DNA of 64,000 bases from an uncultured Acidobacteriota bacterium (lineage in GTDB: Bacteria > Acidobacteriota > Thermoanaerobaculia > Multivoradales > JAHEKO01), in the NCBI GenBank assembly GCA_963713825.1, contig CAVQNG010000014.1, forward strand, positions 128,001 through 192,000. Direction: 5' to 3'. The first letter of the stretch is position 1; each line of letters opens with the position of its first letter. This document shows positions 26,916 to 37,022 of the stretch, one piece after another. The translations under genes were made by a program, and so were the position numbers. The notes beneath the pieces were generated by a model. The model was not told the origin of the DNA. It ran no database searches and was given only the letters and a program-made list of their open reading frames with translations.

Positions 26916-28907
26916 CTACTCGAGACTCGCCTCGATAGCTCCCTTGCGGAGCACCTCGATGATCAGCGTCCGCGTCTCGCCAGCCGAGAGATCGGTCGAG
27001 ACCGTGGTGAGCTTGGATTCTCCATCGACGAGAAGGTAGATCCTCAAGCTTTGAATGTCAGAGGAGATCTTGCGAGTCGTCTCGAACCCTCCCAGCGGTC
27101 GCTTCGGTCGCAGGAGACGGGACTTCTTCTCGTAGCGGAATTGCTCCTTGAGGATCTGTTCCTCGTTGGCGTACAGGGTCAAGACACCATCGGGAACTCG
27201 GCTCGTGAACTGAATGTTGAGAAATACCGCCCCGGCGGTGGTCTCAAGGGGTACTGAATCGACCTGGGCAGCGGCTTCGCCGGGTACATTGCTGCCATCA
27301 GAGGCATCGCCACCGGGCGGCGAATCGGCTGATTGCTGAGACCCGGAGGAGCTGGGTCCTCCGGCGATTGTGGTCGACTGGATTGGCTCCGCTTCTGGAA
27401 CCGGCAGGGCGACCTCATGATCCTCCAGGAGGGCCTGGAGAACCTCCTCTCCCTCCCAGCCCAGGATGGACATACCCACTTGCCGGACCACCGCTCCGGC
27501 GATCTCGGACTGGACTTCCAGGGGCTCTGCGGCCGACCGGTCGAAACTCTCGGACCAGATCTGGATGTCGTCGGCGACCCGCACGAGTCGAGGAGTGATG
27601 CGGACCTGAGGATTGCGAGTCTCCCGATCGTCCCACTGGACGGAACCGAGCACCACATGGGTCGCGCCCAGCCGTTGGCCGATTTGCTGAGTGCCTGTTT
27701 CGGCCTGGGCATGGCGGGCCGCAGTGGCACTGGAGACCACTTGGATATCGTCGAGAGCGGTCAGTTTGCTGGTGATCTCGACCGCCAGGCCAGCGGTCAG
27801 CTCATCGCTACCCGCGCTGCCGAGACTCTTGAACGGAAGAACGGCGATGGTTTCAATGGAGGGTGGCGGTAGGGCGGCGGTCTCCGGTCCTGGCACGATT
27901 GCGGCTTCCCGACCACGCATGAGGACAAGGGCGGCGACAGCGACAAGGGCCACGACTGCCAAGAGAGCCAGCAGCGGCTTGGTTCTGGATTTCGATGGCT
28001 TCTGCTCTGTGACGATGGCGGTTCTCGCCTTGGTTTCGAACATCTGACCGGTCTCGATCTCCCGCTTGAGCTCCTCGAGCTCATTTCGCAGATCAGCGGA
28101 GGACTGGTACCGGCGGGTGACGTCCTTTTCGAGACAGCGTTTGACGATCCTGCCGAGGTGAGGCGGCAGGTCCATCTTCAGATCGGTGACAGGGGGAGGG
28201 CTATCCCGCAAGATGGAACTGATGACCTCAGCCGACGTGGCGCCCTTGAAAGGTCGGCGACCGCTGACCATCTGGTAGAGGACGATGCCGAGAGAGAATA
28301 TGTCGGAGCGGGGATCGGGGCCGGTACCCTTGAGCTGCTCTGGCGCCATATAGGGGACAGTTCCCAGAACGCTGCCCTCTTTGGTCAATGCCTGGGTAGA
28401 AAGGGTGTCGGCCATGTCCTTGTCGGGTTCTTCGAGGAGCTTGGCCAATCCGAAGTCGAGGACCTTCACCCGGCCATCGGCCGTCATCATGATGTTGCCG
28501 GGCTTGAGATCGCGATGAGTGATGCCGCTGGCGTGAGCAGCAGCCAAGGCATCCGTCATCGGAATCGCGATCTCGAAGAAGCGGTCGACCTCCATGCCAC
28601 CCTCGGCGATGATCTCACCGAGTGGCTTGCCCTCGACCAGCTCCATGACCAGGAACGGGATTCCCTCGTGTTCCTCGACGGCGAAGAGGGTGACGATATT
28701 GGGATGATTGAGGCTGGCTACCGTCTTGGCTTCCCGTTCGAACCGCTTCAATCGCTTGGGGTCTGTAGCCATTGCCGCGGGTAGGAACTTGACCGCGACG
28801 TTGCGATTGAGCTTGGTGTCTTCGGCAAGATACACCGTTCCCATACCGCCTTCGCCGAGCTTCTTCAGAATTCGGTAGTGCAGGATGGTCTTGCCGACTT
28901 GACTCAT
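26916..28907 (-). CDS. Hanks-type Ser/Thr kinase with a TM helix and TolB-N-like extracytoplasmic domain
   Basis: LGEGGMG, VAVKFL, HRDLKPGN, DFGLAK and GTVPYMAPEQ; TM helix; IAVLPF motif. The real start is MSQVGKTI, and the upstream extension is antisense to the GATase gene. Confidence 0.93.
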   Translation of the reverse strand: MSQVGKTILHYRILKKLGEGGMGTVYLAEDTKLNRNVAVKFLPAAMATDPKRLKRFEREAKTVASLNHPNIVTLFAVEEHEGIPFLVMELVEGKPLGEIIAEGGMEVDRFFEIAIPMTDALAAAHASGITHRDLKPGNIMMTADGRVKVLDFGLAKLLEEPDKDMADTLSTQALTKEGSVLGTVPYMAPEQLKGTGPDPRSDIFSLGIVLYQMVSGRRPFKGATSAEVISSILRDSPPPVTDLKMDLPPHLGRIVKRCLEKDVTRRYQSSADLRNELEELKREIETGQMFETKARTAIVTEQKPSKSRTKPLLALLAVVALVAVAALVLMRGREAAIVPGPETAALPPPSIETIAVLPFKSLGSAGSDELTAGLAVEITSKLTALDDIQVVSSATAARHAQAETGTQQIGQRLGATHVVLGSVQWDDRETRNPQVRITPRLVRVADDIQIWSESFDRSAAEPLEVQSEIAGAVVRQVGMSILGWEGEEVLQALLEDHEVALPVPEAEPIQSTTIAGGPSSSGSQQSADSPPGGDASDGSNVPGEAAAQVDSVPLETTAGAVFLNIQFTSRVPDGVLTLYANEEQILKEQFRYEKKSRLLRPKRPLGGFETTRKISSDIQSLRIYLLVDGESKLTTVSTDLSAGETRTLIIEVLRKGAIEASLE

Positions 28908-29015
28908 TTTCAGGATCGCCTTCTGCTTCCAGTTGGGCGAGTGTAACAATTTTCCGATCCACGTTCTCTTCGTTGTTGGTCGCGACAGGGACGTTTTCGT
29001 ACTAGGATCCGCCGA

Positions 29016-29741
29016 ATGACGCTGAGAATACTCCTGCTGCAGGCCAGGAACGATGACGACCCGATGCGACTCGCCGAGCGGCGCTCGTTTGCGGCAAAGA
29101 CGGGCCTGAGCCTGAACCAGATCGTTCCACACGATCTTCTGGAGGGCCCCCCGGGACTGAGTGCCCTCGAGTCGAATGATGCTCTCATGGTTGGTGGAAG
29201 TGGCGACTACTACGTCTCGAACCAGACGCTGCCCCACTTCGCTGCGCAATTGGAGTTCCTGCAGGAAGTCGTAGAACGCGGCCATCCCATGTTCGCTTCC
29301 TGCTTTGGATTTCAGATCCTGGTTGCGGCCCTGGGTGGCGAAGTGATCTACGACCCGCAAAGCATGGAGGTCGGAACCTACCGTTTGACGGTGTCTGAGG
29401 AGGGCAGAGAAGACCCTCTCATGCAGCGCCTGCCTGATTCGTTCGAGGCGCAGATGGGGCGCAAGGACAGAGCACTTCGGTTGCCGGAGGGGGTCGTGAA
29501 CCTCGCCAGCAGCGAGCGCAATCCGTATCAAGCCCTTCGCGTGCCAGGAAAGCCCATCTGGGCGACCCAGTTCCACCCGGAGCTCGACCTGGAGACCAAC
29601 CTCGAGCGCTTCTTTCGGTACCTGGAGGGTTATGCCGAGGTGCTGTCTCCCGAAGAGCAACGACTCGCTTCCGAGAACTTCCGGGAGAGCCCTCACACCG
29701 AGGCGCTCTTGCCTGGATTCTTGGAACTGGTCTTCGGCTGA
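29016..29741 (+). CDS. Type 1 glutamine amidotransferase (GMP-synthase-like)
   Basis: SCFGFQ nucleophile and QFHPE. Confidence 0.9.
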   Translation: MTLRILLLQARNDDDPMRLAERRSFAAKTGLSLNQIVPHDLLEGPPGLSALESNDALMVGGSGDYYVSNQTLPHFAAQLEFLQEVVERGHPMFASCFGFQILVAALGGEVIYDPQSMEVGTYRLTVSEEGREDPLMQRLPDSFEAQMGRKDRALRLPEGVVNLASSERNPYQALRVPGKPIWATQFHPELDLETNLERFFRYLEGYAEVLSPEEQRLASENFRESPHTEALLPGFLELVFG

Positions 29742-29819
29742 GTTGTCAGCAGGGATTCCAACTGGTCATCAGGACTGCATCAGTATCGCGTCTCAATCGC
29801 TGGCCCAGAAATGACAAAT

Positions 29820-29852
29820 CCCCGTTGCGGGGCTCGATGCTCCGCAACGGGG
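29820..29852. terminator. Hairpin between convergent GATase and HU genes
   Basis: CCCCGTTGCGG/CCGCAACGGGG 11-bp stem. Confidence 0.75.
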
Positions 29853-29897
29853 AATCCTGAACTTGCGTCGGTGCCGATAGAGGCCTATAGAGGCTTC

Positions 29898-30191
29898 TTA
29901 GTCGGCCACCCGGTCCTTCAGACCCTTGCCAGGCTTGAAGAACGGATAGTTCTTGGCAGCGATGGTAATGGTCTGTCCGGTGGCTGGGTTGCGTCCCTGC
30001 CGTGCAGCGCGGTTCTTGGTGCCGAAGGTCCCAAAGCCAGGAATCTGAACCTTGCCGCCGCCATCCAGCTCGATAGCGATGATGCCGGTTCCAGGCTTGG
30101 TGTCGAAGATCATGGAGACAATCTCCAGGGCCTTCGCCTGCGACAGGTCACACTTCTTGGCGAGCTTCTCAGCCATTTCCGTCTTGTTCAT
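29898..30191 (-). CDS. hup: HU family DNA-binding protein
   Basis: MNKTE, VQIPGFGTF, GRNPATG and FKPGKGLKDRV motifs. Confidence 0.95.
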   Translation of the reverse strand: MNKTEMAEKLAKKCDLSQAKALEIVSMIFDTKPGTGIIAIELDGGGKVQIPGFGTFGTKNRAARQGRNPATGQTITIAAKNYPFFKPGKGLKDRVAD

Positions 30192-30473
30192 TTCCACTCC
30201 TCAGGTTCTTGATCGGGAAGAGGTCTCTGTCTGAGCCTTTTTCCCCCCAGGTCAAAGATTTGCCGGCATTCTCGATGCCAACGGTGTCCGAGTGACTACT
30301 GTTTTGGTCGATCGACCTCTTACGTTCAAGAGGGTCTCTCAACCCTCGAGTTGGAGCACTGCCGTTCAAGTGAATTCGAAAGTCCTCGTTGGGCGTACTC
30401 CTGATCCTTCGAGATGGCGAGATTCTAGCATGATCCGACTCGAAAAACTCAAGGATTTACTGGATTCTGTTGG

Positions 30474-31154
30474 TCACGAGATCTTGGAGTCCACGATCCT
30501 GCATGCCTGTTCGAGCGTCTTCTTCGGAATATTCGGCACCTGGGCATCGGTTTTCGGATAGCCAACAACGAGAATCAGGTAAGGCTTTTCGTTGGGGGGG
30601 CGGCCTGATATTTCGTTCAGGAATCGCATCGGGGCCGGCGTGTGGGTCAAGCTCGCGAGACCAGCGTGGTGTAGGGCTGTGATCAACATTCCGGTGGCGA
30701 TGCCCACCGACTCGTTCACATAGTAGTGCTTGACCCTGGTGCCATCTGCCTCGAGGCCGTAGAGCTGAGCAAAGATGAGAATCAGATAGGGAGCGGTTTC
30801 GAGAAAGGGCTTCTTGTCGTCAGTGCCGAGCGGTGCGAGGGCTTCCAGCCACTCGTCGGGCGCTCGGCCTGCATAGAAGGTTCGCTCCTCCTCTTCGGCG
30901 GCGACCCGAATCCTCCGTTTGACCTCCGGGTCGCCGATCAACTCGAAGTGCCATGGCTGCCGATTGGCGCCGCTCGGAGCGGACATTGCGATGCGAATGC
31001 AGTCCTCGACGATGTCGCGTGGTACGGCCCTGGAGGAGAAGTGGCGGACAGACCGGCGTCGTCGCATCTCAGCCAGCATCTCGGTCGTACGGTGGCGCAT
31101 CTCGTCGATCGGGTACTCGCGGTAGCCGCTCAGCGGCACGAGTCGTTGCGACAT
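30474..31154 (-). CDS. Iodotyrosine deiodinase-like nitroreductase
   Basis: [47 protein letters not shown] and LTHTP. Confidence 0.88.
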   Translation of the reverse strand: MSQRLVPLSGYREYPIDEMRHRTTEMLAEMRRRRSVRHFSSRAVPRDIVEDCIRIAMSAPSGANRQPWHFELIGDPEVKRRIRVAAEEEERTFYAGRAPDEWLEALAPLGTDDKKPFLETAPYLILIFAQLYGLEADGTRVKHYYVNESVGIATGMLITALHHAGLASLTHTPAPMRFLNEISGRPPNEKPYLILVVGYPKTDAQVPNIPKKTLEQACRIVDSKIS

Positions 31155-31230
31155 CAGGGGTTCCTCTCTGGAATCGGTGATCTGAGAATCCGCCCAAGGG
31201 CGGCAGGACCACCACGGTCACGCCAGGCGC

Positions 31231-32313
31231 TCAATGATCCGACGCCGGAGTCTGGTGCAGGTAGATGTCTCTCTTGGGATACGGGATCTCGATACTCTCG
31301 GTGCCGAAGCGCTTGTAGATCTCGGTAATGAGGGCGTCGATCACCCGCCCGCGGAGAACCGGTTCGTGGATCCAGCCGAGCAACTCGACGTCGAGACCCG
31401 ATTCACCAAAGGAACGAAATCGAACTCTCGGCTCCGGGTAGTCGTCGATCGCGTCATGGGAATGAGCCACCTCCATGAGGATCTCCCGGACCCGATCGAC
31501 ATCGCTGCCATAGGCTACCGTCACTGGCACACGGACCCGTTCCTTTTCCGAGGGCCCGCCGCTCTCGTTGGTGATCTTGGCGTTCGCGATGACGGAGTTG
31601 GGCACCGTGATCTCGATGTCGTCCCTGGTCAGCAGACGCGTGCTGCGCAGCCCGATCTGTGAGACTCGACCCCGTTCACCGCTGTCGAGCACGATGAAGT
31701 CCCCGACCTGGTAGGGGGCGTCGGCGACGATGAAGACACCCGCAAACAGGTTGGCAAGGGAGTCCTTCGCCGCGAAACCGACCGCGATGCCCACAATCCC
31801 GGCGCCGGCGAGCCAGGCGCCTACATCGACACCCCAGATCAAGAAAAGGAAGTAGACCGTGCCGCCGGCTACCAGAATCTTGGTGACATTGTTGAACAGA
31901 GGAACGGTTCTGGGTTCAACAGCGGCGAAGCGCCGTTCCATTTGACTGAACAAATCGAGAAGTATGGAACAGCCTTTGAAGGCGAAACCCGCCCAGACAA
32001 TCAAGACGATGGTCTTCAAGGATCTCGTCAGAAAGACGATCAGACTCTCGCGCAGCGGGATCTGATCCAAAGCGAGAGCGAGTCCGAAAAGCAGAACACT
32101 GAGAAAGAGGGGTCTGTGCAGGTTCCCGACGATCCGGTCGTCGATGTCGGTGCTGCTCTTCTTGGCCCACCGCGCCACCAACCGGGTGACCACGAGGTCA
32201 ACGATCTTTGCTGCCAACAGAGAGAGGACCACAAGGATGGCGGCGTGGATGTAGCGATTGTCTCCAAAGGCCTGGAGAAATCGGTCGAGGAGAACTTGGC
32301 TTTCGGCTGTCAT
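31231..32313 (-). CDS. MscS family mechanosensitive channel
   Basis: AGIVGIAVGFAAKDSLANLFAG, VGDFI, IGLRST and IEIPYP. Confidence 0.93.
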   Translation of the reverse strand: MTAESQVLLDRFLQAFGDNRYIHAAILVVLSLLAAKIVDLVVTRLVARWAKKSSTDIDDRIVGNLHRPLFLSVLLFGLALALDQIPLRESLIVFLTRSLKTIVLIVWAGFAFKGCSILLDLFSQMERRFAAVEPRTVPLFNNVTKILVAGGTVYFLFLIWGVDVGAWLAGAGIVGIAVGFAAKDSLANLFAGVFIVADAPYQVGDFIVLDSGERGRVSQIGLRSTRLLTRDDIEITVPNSVIANAKITNESGGPSEKERVRVPVTVAYGSDVDRVREILMEVAHSHDAIDDYPEPRVRFRSFGESGLDVELLGWIHEPVLRGRVIDALITEIYKRFGTESIEIPYPKRDIYLHQTPASDH

Positions 32314-32357
32314 GGCTGTTGGCTTCCCCGCGGGTCAGAGGCAAGGATACCGCAGGC

Positions 32358-33707
32358 TCAGGGAGCGCTGATCTGGCCCGGCTGGCTCGTGTCGGGCTTT
32401 CCGAGCAGCCGCTTGGCCACAGGACCGGCGAGCAGCACCACCGCCACGAGGTTGGGGATGGCCATCACACCGTTGAGCAGGTCGGCCCAGGCCCAGATCG
32501 CTCGAGCCCCAGCAGCGCCACCGCCCAGGATGGCCAGACAGTAGAGCAGTCGATAGGGTCCGCGAGCCCTTGGTCCGAGGAGGTAGGCCGCACACTGTTC
32601 GCCATAGAAGGCCCAGGTTATGAGCGTCGAGAGGCCGAAGAGCAGGGATGCCGCCAGGACCACTGTGCCGCCCATGGGGCCGAGACCTGCTGAGAAGGCC
32701 TGTGCCGTGAGCGTGGTGGATTCCAGACCGGAGCGCCAGGTTCCGCTCGCCAGTAGGACAAGGCCCGTGGCACTGGACACCACCAGGGTGTCGAGGAACA
32801 CCCCGAGCATGGCAATCCTGCCCTGGGCAATCGGATCGTCGGTTCGGGCAGAGGCGTGGGCAATGGGCACCGAGCCGGTTCCCGCCTCGTTGGAGTAAAC
32901 ACCTCGGGCGACGCCGAATCGAAAGGCCTGCTTGACACTGGCTCCGAGAAAGCCACCGCCGGCCGCAATGGGGGTGAACGCGTGTTCGATTACCAAGGCG
33001 AGCGACGCCACCAGCTCAGACCGGAAGACCCACAGCACCCCAACGGCTCCGGCGAGGTAGAGCAACCCCATGAACGGAGACAGGATCTCGGAGACCCTGG
33101 CGATGGAGCGAACACCGCCGATGATGGCAACGCCGGTGACCACAGCCGCCAGAGCACAGGTGAAGCCCGGGCTCCAGCCGAGCTCACTGGCCGCCACGAG
33201 GGACATCGAGTTGCTTTGCACGGTGGTGGTCGCGAGCAGGGTCTTCAAGGCCATTCCTATGGCAAAGAAGGAGGCTACGCCTGGCCAGCCGAGACCATCC
33301 TCGAGGTAGAACATGGGTCCACCCAGATAGAGACCATCCTCGCCCTTGCGACGGTAGATGATTCCCAAGACAGACTCGGCGAACATCGTCCCCATTCCAA
33401 CCAGGCCGCTGACCCACATCCAGAACAGAGCCCCGGGGCCGCCTGAAGTGATCGCAGTGGCGACGCCGGCGATGTTGCCGTTGCCGACGATGCCGCCCAC
33501 AGCGGTCATCAGAGCCGCGAAGGGAGTGATATCACCCGAGGAGGAAGCTGCCGCCGGGGGGCGTAGAAGGTCTCGCAGAGCTCGGCCGAACTGTCGAATC
33601 TGCACAGCGTGGAGACGAACCAGCAGGTACGTTCCGACTCCGAGAACGAGGCTCAGCATGGGGAGTCCCCATAGGAAATCGCTGGCGCTCTGAATCCACT
33701 GACTCAT
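32358..33707 (-). CDS. Alanine/glycine:cation symporter (AGCS)
   Basis: VGNGNIAGVATAI..GGPGALFWMW, GGPMFYL, RGVYSNEAG and MAIPNL. Confidence 0.93.
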   Translation of the reverse strand: MSQWIQSASDFLWGLPMLSLVLGVGTYLLVRLHAVQIRQFGRALRDLLRPPAAASSSGDITPFAALMTAVGGIVGNGNIAGVATAITSGGPGALFWMWVSGLVGMGTMFAESVLGIIYRRKGEDGLYLGGPMFYLEDGLGWPGVASFFAIGMALKTLLATTTVQSNSMSLVAASELGWSPGFTCALAAVVTGVAIIGGVRSIARVSEILSPFMGLLYLAGAVGVLWVFRSELVASLALVIEHAFTPIAAGGGFLGASVKQAFRFGVARGVYSNEAGTGSVPIAHASARTDDPIAQGRIAMLGVFLDTLVVSSATGLVLLASGTWRSGLESTTLTAQAFSAGLGPMGGTVVLAASLLFGLSTLITWAFYGEQCAAYLLGPRARGPYRLLYCLAILGGGAAGARAIWAWADLLNGVMAIPNLVAVVLLAGPVAKRLLGKPDTSQPGQISAP

Positions 33708-33867
33708 GACGGGTGCCGTCTCGACGCGGGGATCTTACCTGGTACGGCGGTCTGGCCGGTGGTCCGGCCCGACACTCCAATCGACCGAGAAAGATTGATG
33801 TGTAGGGTCGCTGCCCGTACAATGACTCGACTGCAGGGGGCACGAGTTGTGAGGGGCCCTTGCCGGC

Positions 33868-36006
33868 ATGAGTAACCTTCACCAATCATCCATGAAGCTT
33901 GTGCTGCGGATGGCGCGCCAACTGGGCGTCGGGTTGTGCCTGGTCTGGTGCTGCGTGGCACCCGGGCCAGTGTTCGGTCAGGAAGTCGAGGCCAGCCCCG
34001 AGCTCCAGCGCCCGTCGTTTCCTTCCCTCCGCAACGCGAACTACACGATCGAGGTCCGACTCGACCCTGACGAGAAGATTCTCGAGGGGCGACAGACCGT
34101 GGTCTGGCGCAACACCCAGAGCGCGGCCACGGACGAGCTGTGGTTCCATCTCTACTGGAATGGCTGGCGCAATAGCCGCAGCACCTGGATGCTGGAGGAC
34201 CAGATCCGCGGCCGCAGCAGCCTCGACTCGAAAGAGGAGGCCGAGGACTGGAGTTATCTGGAAGTGGACTCTATCCTTCTCTTGTCCGCTGGCGAGTTTG
34301 CAGGCGCTGATCTCGAGCCAACCACGAGATTCGCTGCTCCCGACGACGGCAATCCCGATGACCGCACAGTGATGGTCGTGTCATTGCCATTCTCGGTCGC
34401 GCCCGATGAGGAAGTCTCTCTCGAGCTCACCTGGCGGGCGAAGGTTCCTCGGACCTTTGCGAGAACTGGATTCCGCGGCAATTACTTCTTCATTGCCCAC
34501 TGGTTCCCGAAGCTCGGCGTATTCGAAGGCGATGGCTGGAACTGCCACCAGTACCATTCGGGTACCGAATACTTCTCCGACTACGGTGTCTACGATGTGT
34601 CGATCACGTTGCCGAGCGACTTTGTCCTGGGGGCGACCGGACGGCTGGTCGACTCGCTGGACAACAGCGACGGCAGCGTAACTCACCGACATGTCCAGGA
34701 AGATGTCCACTCGTTCACCTGGACCACCAGTCCTGACTACCTGGTTCTGACCGATCGCTTCGAGCACGAAGGCCTGCCGTCGGTAGATCTTCGCTTGTTG
34801 ATCCAGCCGGAACACGCCGGACAGGCCGAGCGTCATTTCCACGCCACGAAGGCCGCTCTTCAGTATTACGGCACCTGGTACGGCCCGTACCCCTACGGTC
34901 ACGTCACCGTGGTGGATCCCGCCTATGGCAGTGGAGCCGGAGGAATGGAGTATCCGACCCTCTTCACCGCCGGCAGCCGCCTCTTCAATCCCTTTGGAGG
35001 CGGTTCACCGGAGGGTGTGACCATTCATGAAGCGGGGCACCAGTTTTGGTACGCACTGGTCGGCAACAACGAGTTCGAGGACGCCTGGTTGGATGAAGGT
35101 CTCAATACCTTCTCGACAACCCGCACCTACGACCAGGCTTACCCGCCGAAGAAGCCTGTCCGTCGGTACTTCACGCCACCGGGAACCGAATTACGGGGCT
35201 TCTTTCCACTGCTGCTGGAGGGCTTTGGCTATACGGGCGGCATCTTCGACGAGCGGCTCGGTGGATACCGAGAGTTGGCCACCATCGATCGGCAGAGCAC
35301 GCCCTCGTATCTCTACTATCCGTCTGCCGGTGGGGCACTCAGCTACTCCAAGACAGCACTCTGGCTGGCCACCTTGGAACGCTACCTGGGTTGGGATGTC
35401 CTACAGCCCGCCATGTCGAACTTCTTCCACGAATGGAAGTACCGACACCCGGGTCCCGACGACTTCTTCGACGCCATCAGCCAGGAGGCTGGTCGAGACC
35501 TCTCCTGGTTCTTCGAGCAGGTGTACCACAGCTCAGAGGAGTTCGACTACGGTGTGCTCACGGTCTCCAGCCGACCTGCTGCTGTCGAAGGCTGGATTTC
35601 AGAGGAAGGTGAGCTCACGATGGCCACAGTGGTCGCTGAGGAGGATGGCGAGGACGGATCGTCAACCGACGATAGCGACTCCGAGACCCTCTATCGATCG
35701 GAAGTTGTCGTGCGGCGATTCGGTGGTGGTGTCTTTCCGGTCGAAGTGCTCATGGTCTTCGAAGATGGAGAAGAGGTTCGCTACCGTTGGGATGGTCGAG
35801 ATCGGTGGAAGCGGATCGTGGTCGAGCAGACTTCGAAGCTGGCCTACGCCGTTGTGGATCCCGACAGAGTCCTGCTGCTCGATGTTCGCCCTTCGAACAA
35901 CAGCCTCATGTTGGAGGCTCCAGATCGTACTCCGGCCATCAAGTGGTCGGCTCGTTGGCTGATCTGGCTGCAGGATCTGCTGACCAACTTCGCCTACTTT
36001 GGATAG
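33868..36006 (+). CDS. M1 family aminopeptidase (exported)
   Basis: GGMEYP and HEAGHQFW...AWLDEG; signal-like N-terminus (start uncertain). Confidence 0.92.
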   Translation: MSNLHQSSMKLVLRMARQLGVGLCLVWCCVAPGPVFGQEVEASPELQRPSFPSLRNANYTIEVRLDPDEKILEGRQTVVWRNTQSAATDELWFHLYWNGWRNSRSTWMLEDQIRGRSSLDSKEEAEDWSYLEVDSILLLSAGEFAGADLEPTTRFAAPDDGNPDDRTVMVVSLPFSVAPDEEVSLELTWRAKVPRTFARTGFRGNYFFIAHWFPKLGVFEGDGWNCHQYHSGTEYFSDYGVYDVSITLPSDFVLGATGRLVDSLDNSDGSVTHRHVQEDVHSFTWTTSPDYLVLTDRFEHEGLPSVDLRLLIQPEHAGQAERHFHATKAALQYYGTWYGPYPYGHVTVVDPAYGSGAGGMEYPTLFTAGSRLFNPFGGGSPEGVTIHEAGHQFWYALVGNNEFEDAWLDEGLNTFSTTRTYDQAYPPKKPVRRYFTPPGTELRGFFPLLLEGFGYTGGIFDERLGGYRELATIDRQSTPSYLYYPSAGGALSYSKTALWLATLERYLGWDVLQPAMSNFFHEWKYRHPGPDDFFDAISQEAGRDLSWFFEQVYHSSEEFDYGVLTVSSRPAAVEGWISEEGELTMATVVAEEDGEDGSSTDDSDSETLYRSEVVVRRFGGGVFPVEVLMVFEDGEEVRYRWDGRDRWKRIVVEQTSKLAYAVVDPDRVLLLDVRPSNNSLMLEAPDRTPAIKWSARWLIWLQDLLTNFAYFG

Positions 36007-36016
36007 GGATAGCGCC

Positions 36017-36985
36017 ATGAGCCTGCTCAATGCCCTCCGTGGCGGACTCGCAATGGGACTCAAGTCCTGGAGGATCGCTGCGCTTCTGTGGCTGATGGGC
36101 CTGCTGTTCGCCCTACCAGCGGCGATCTTCATTGAAGAGGCTGTTCACGAGTACATCGGCTCGAGCTTGGCGCACGAAAGCCTGCGAGGTCCCATGGACC
36201 TGGCCTGGTACGAGGAGTTCAAGGCCGAAGCTGGAGGCGTGAGCTCCATGGTCACGATCTCCAGGCTGAGCCCAGCCGCCGTCCTCGACAATCTGGAGCT
36301 TTGGTTCTCCGGCGCCCTGTTCAAAGAGAACGCGGGGGTCGCTGCACTGGGGATTCTCTTCGCCCTCCTATGGACCCTGATGAGTGGAGGCGTGCTGGCT
36401 CATCTGACCACGTCAGGGGATCAACCGGACTCGGATTCGTTCCTGGTGTCCTCGAGCCGATACTTCCTCAGATTCCTACGGCTCGCCATTGCTGCTGGGC
36501 TGGCCTACTACTTGATCTACAGGTTCAGCCAGTGGCTATTTCCTGAGATCGAACGGGCGACTCGCGATGTCACCGTCGAGCGCACCGTCCTGTTGTACAA
36601 CCTTGTCGCTGCGGCCTTCGTCCTGTTCCTACTCGTGGTGGTGAAAGTCAGCGTCGACTACGCCAAGATCAGCACCGTCGTCGAAGAGCGTCGCAGCATG
36701 GTCCTGGCGGCGCTTCGCGGAGCTCAGTTTGTAGTGACCCACCCCGTTCGAGCTCTGGGCATCTACGTCGTAATGGGAGTCCTGGGCCTGCTGTTGGCGA
36801 TCGTCTACTACTTCGCAACGCCCGGAGTAGGCGGGGAGGGTAGTGCGTTCATCGTCCTGGCGCTGGTGGTGGGCCAGGTCTATCTCCTGGTCCGCTGGGT
36901 CCTGCGAATCAGCCTTCTTGGCGCGGAGTCCCTTCTGTACCGATCGGTGCAGGGTTACCTGCGCCGAGACTCTTCTCGACTCTGA
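36017..36985 (+). CDS. Multi-pass membrane protein, downstream partner of the M1 peptidase
   Basis: About 6 TM helices; begins 10 bp after the M1 stop. Confidence 0.8.
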   Translation: MSLLNALRGGLAMGLKSWRIAALLWLMGLLFALPAAIFIEEAVHEYIGSSLAHESLRGPMDLAWYEEFKAEAGGVSSMVTISRLSPAAVLDNLELWFSGALFKENAGVAALGILFALLWTLMSGGVLAHLTTSGDQPDSDSFLVSSSRYFLRFLRLAIAAGLAYYLIYRFSQWLFPEIERATRDVTVERTVLLYNLVAAAFVLFLLVVVKVSVDYAKISTVVEERRSMVLAALRGAQFVVTHPVRALGIYVVMGVLGLLLAIVYYFATPGVGGEGSAFIVLALVVGQVYLLVRWVLRISLLGAESLLYRSVQGYLRRDSSRL

Positions 36986-37022
36986 TGGTCTCTGGCGCTC
37001 GCTTCGGTAGCGACAGGGGTGC

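Noticed and set aside
28908-29696. 263-aa N-terminal extension of the kinase ORF
   Set aside because: It is antisense to a clear GATase gene, and the kinase begins naturally at MSQVGKTI.
33708-33867. Glycine riboswitch upstream of the AGCS symporter
   Set aside because: No aptamer core is visible, and the gap is short and shared with a divergent gene.
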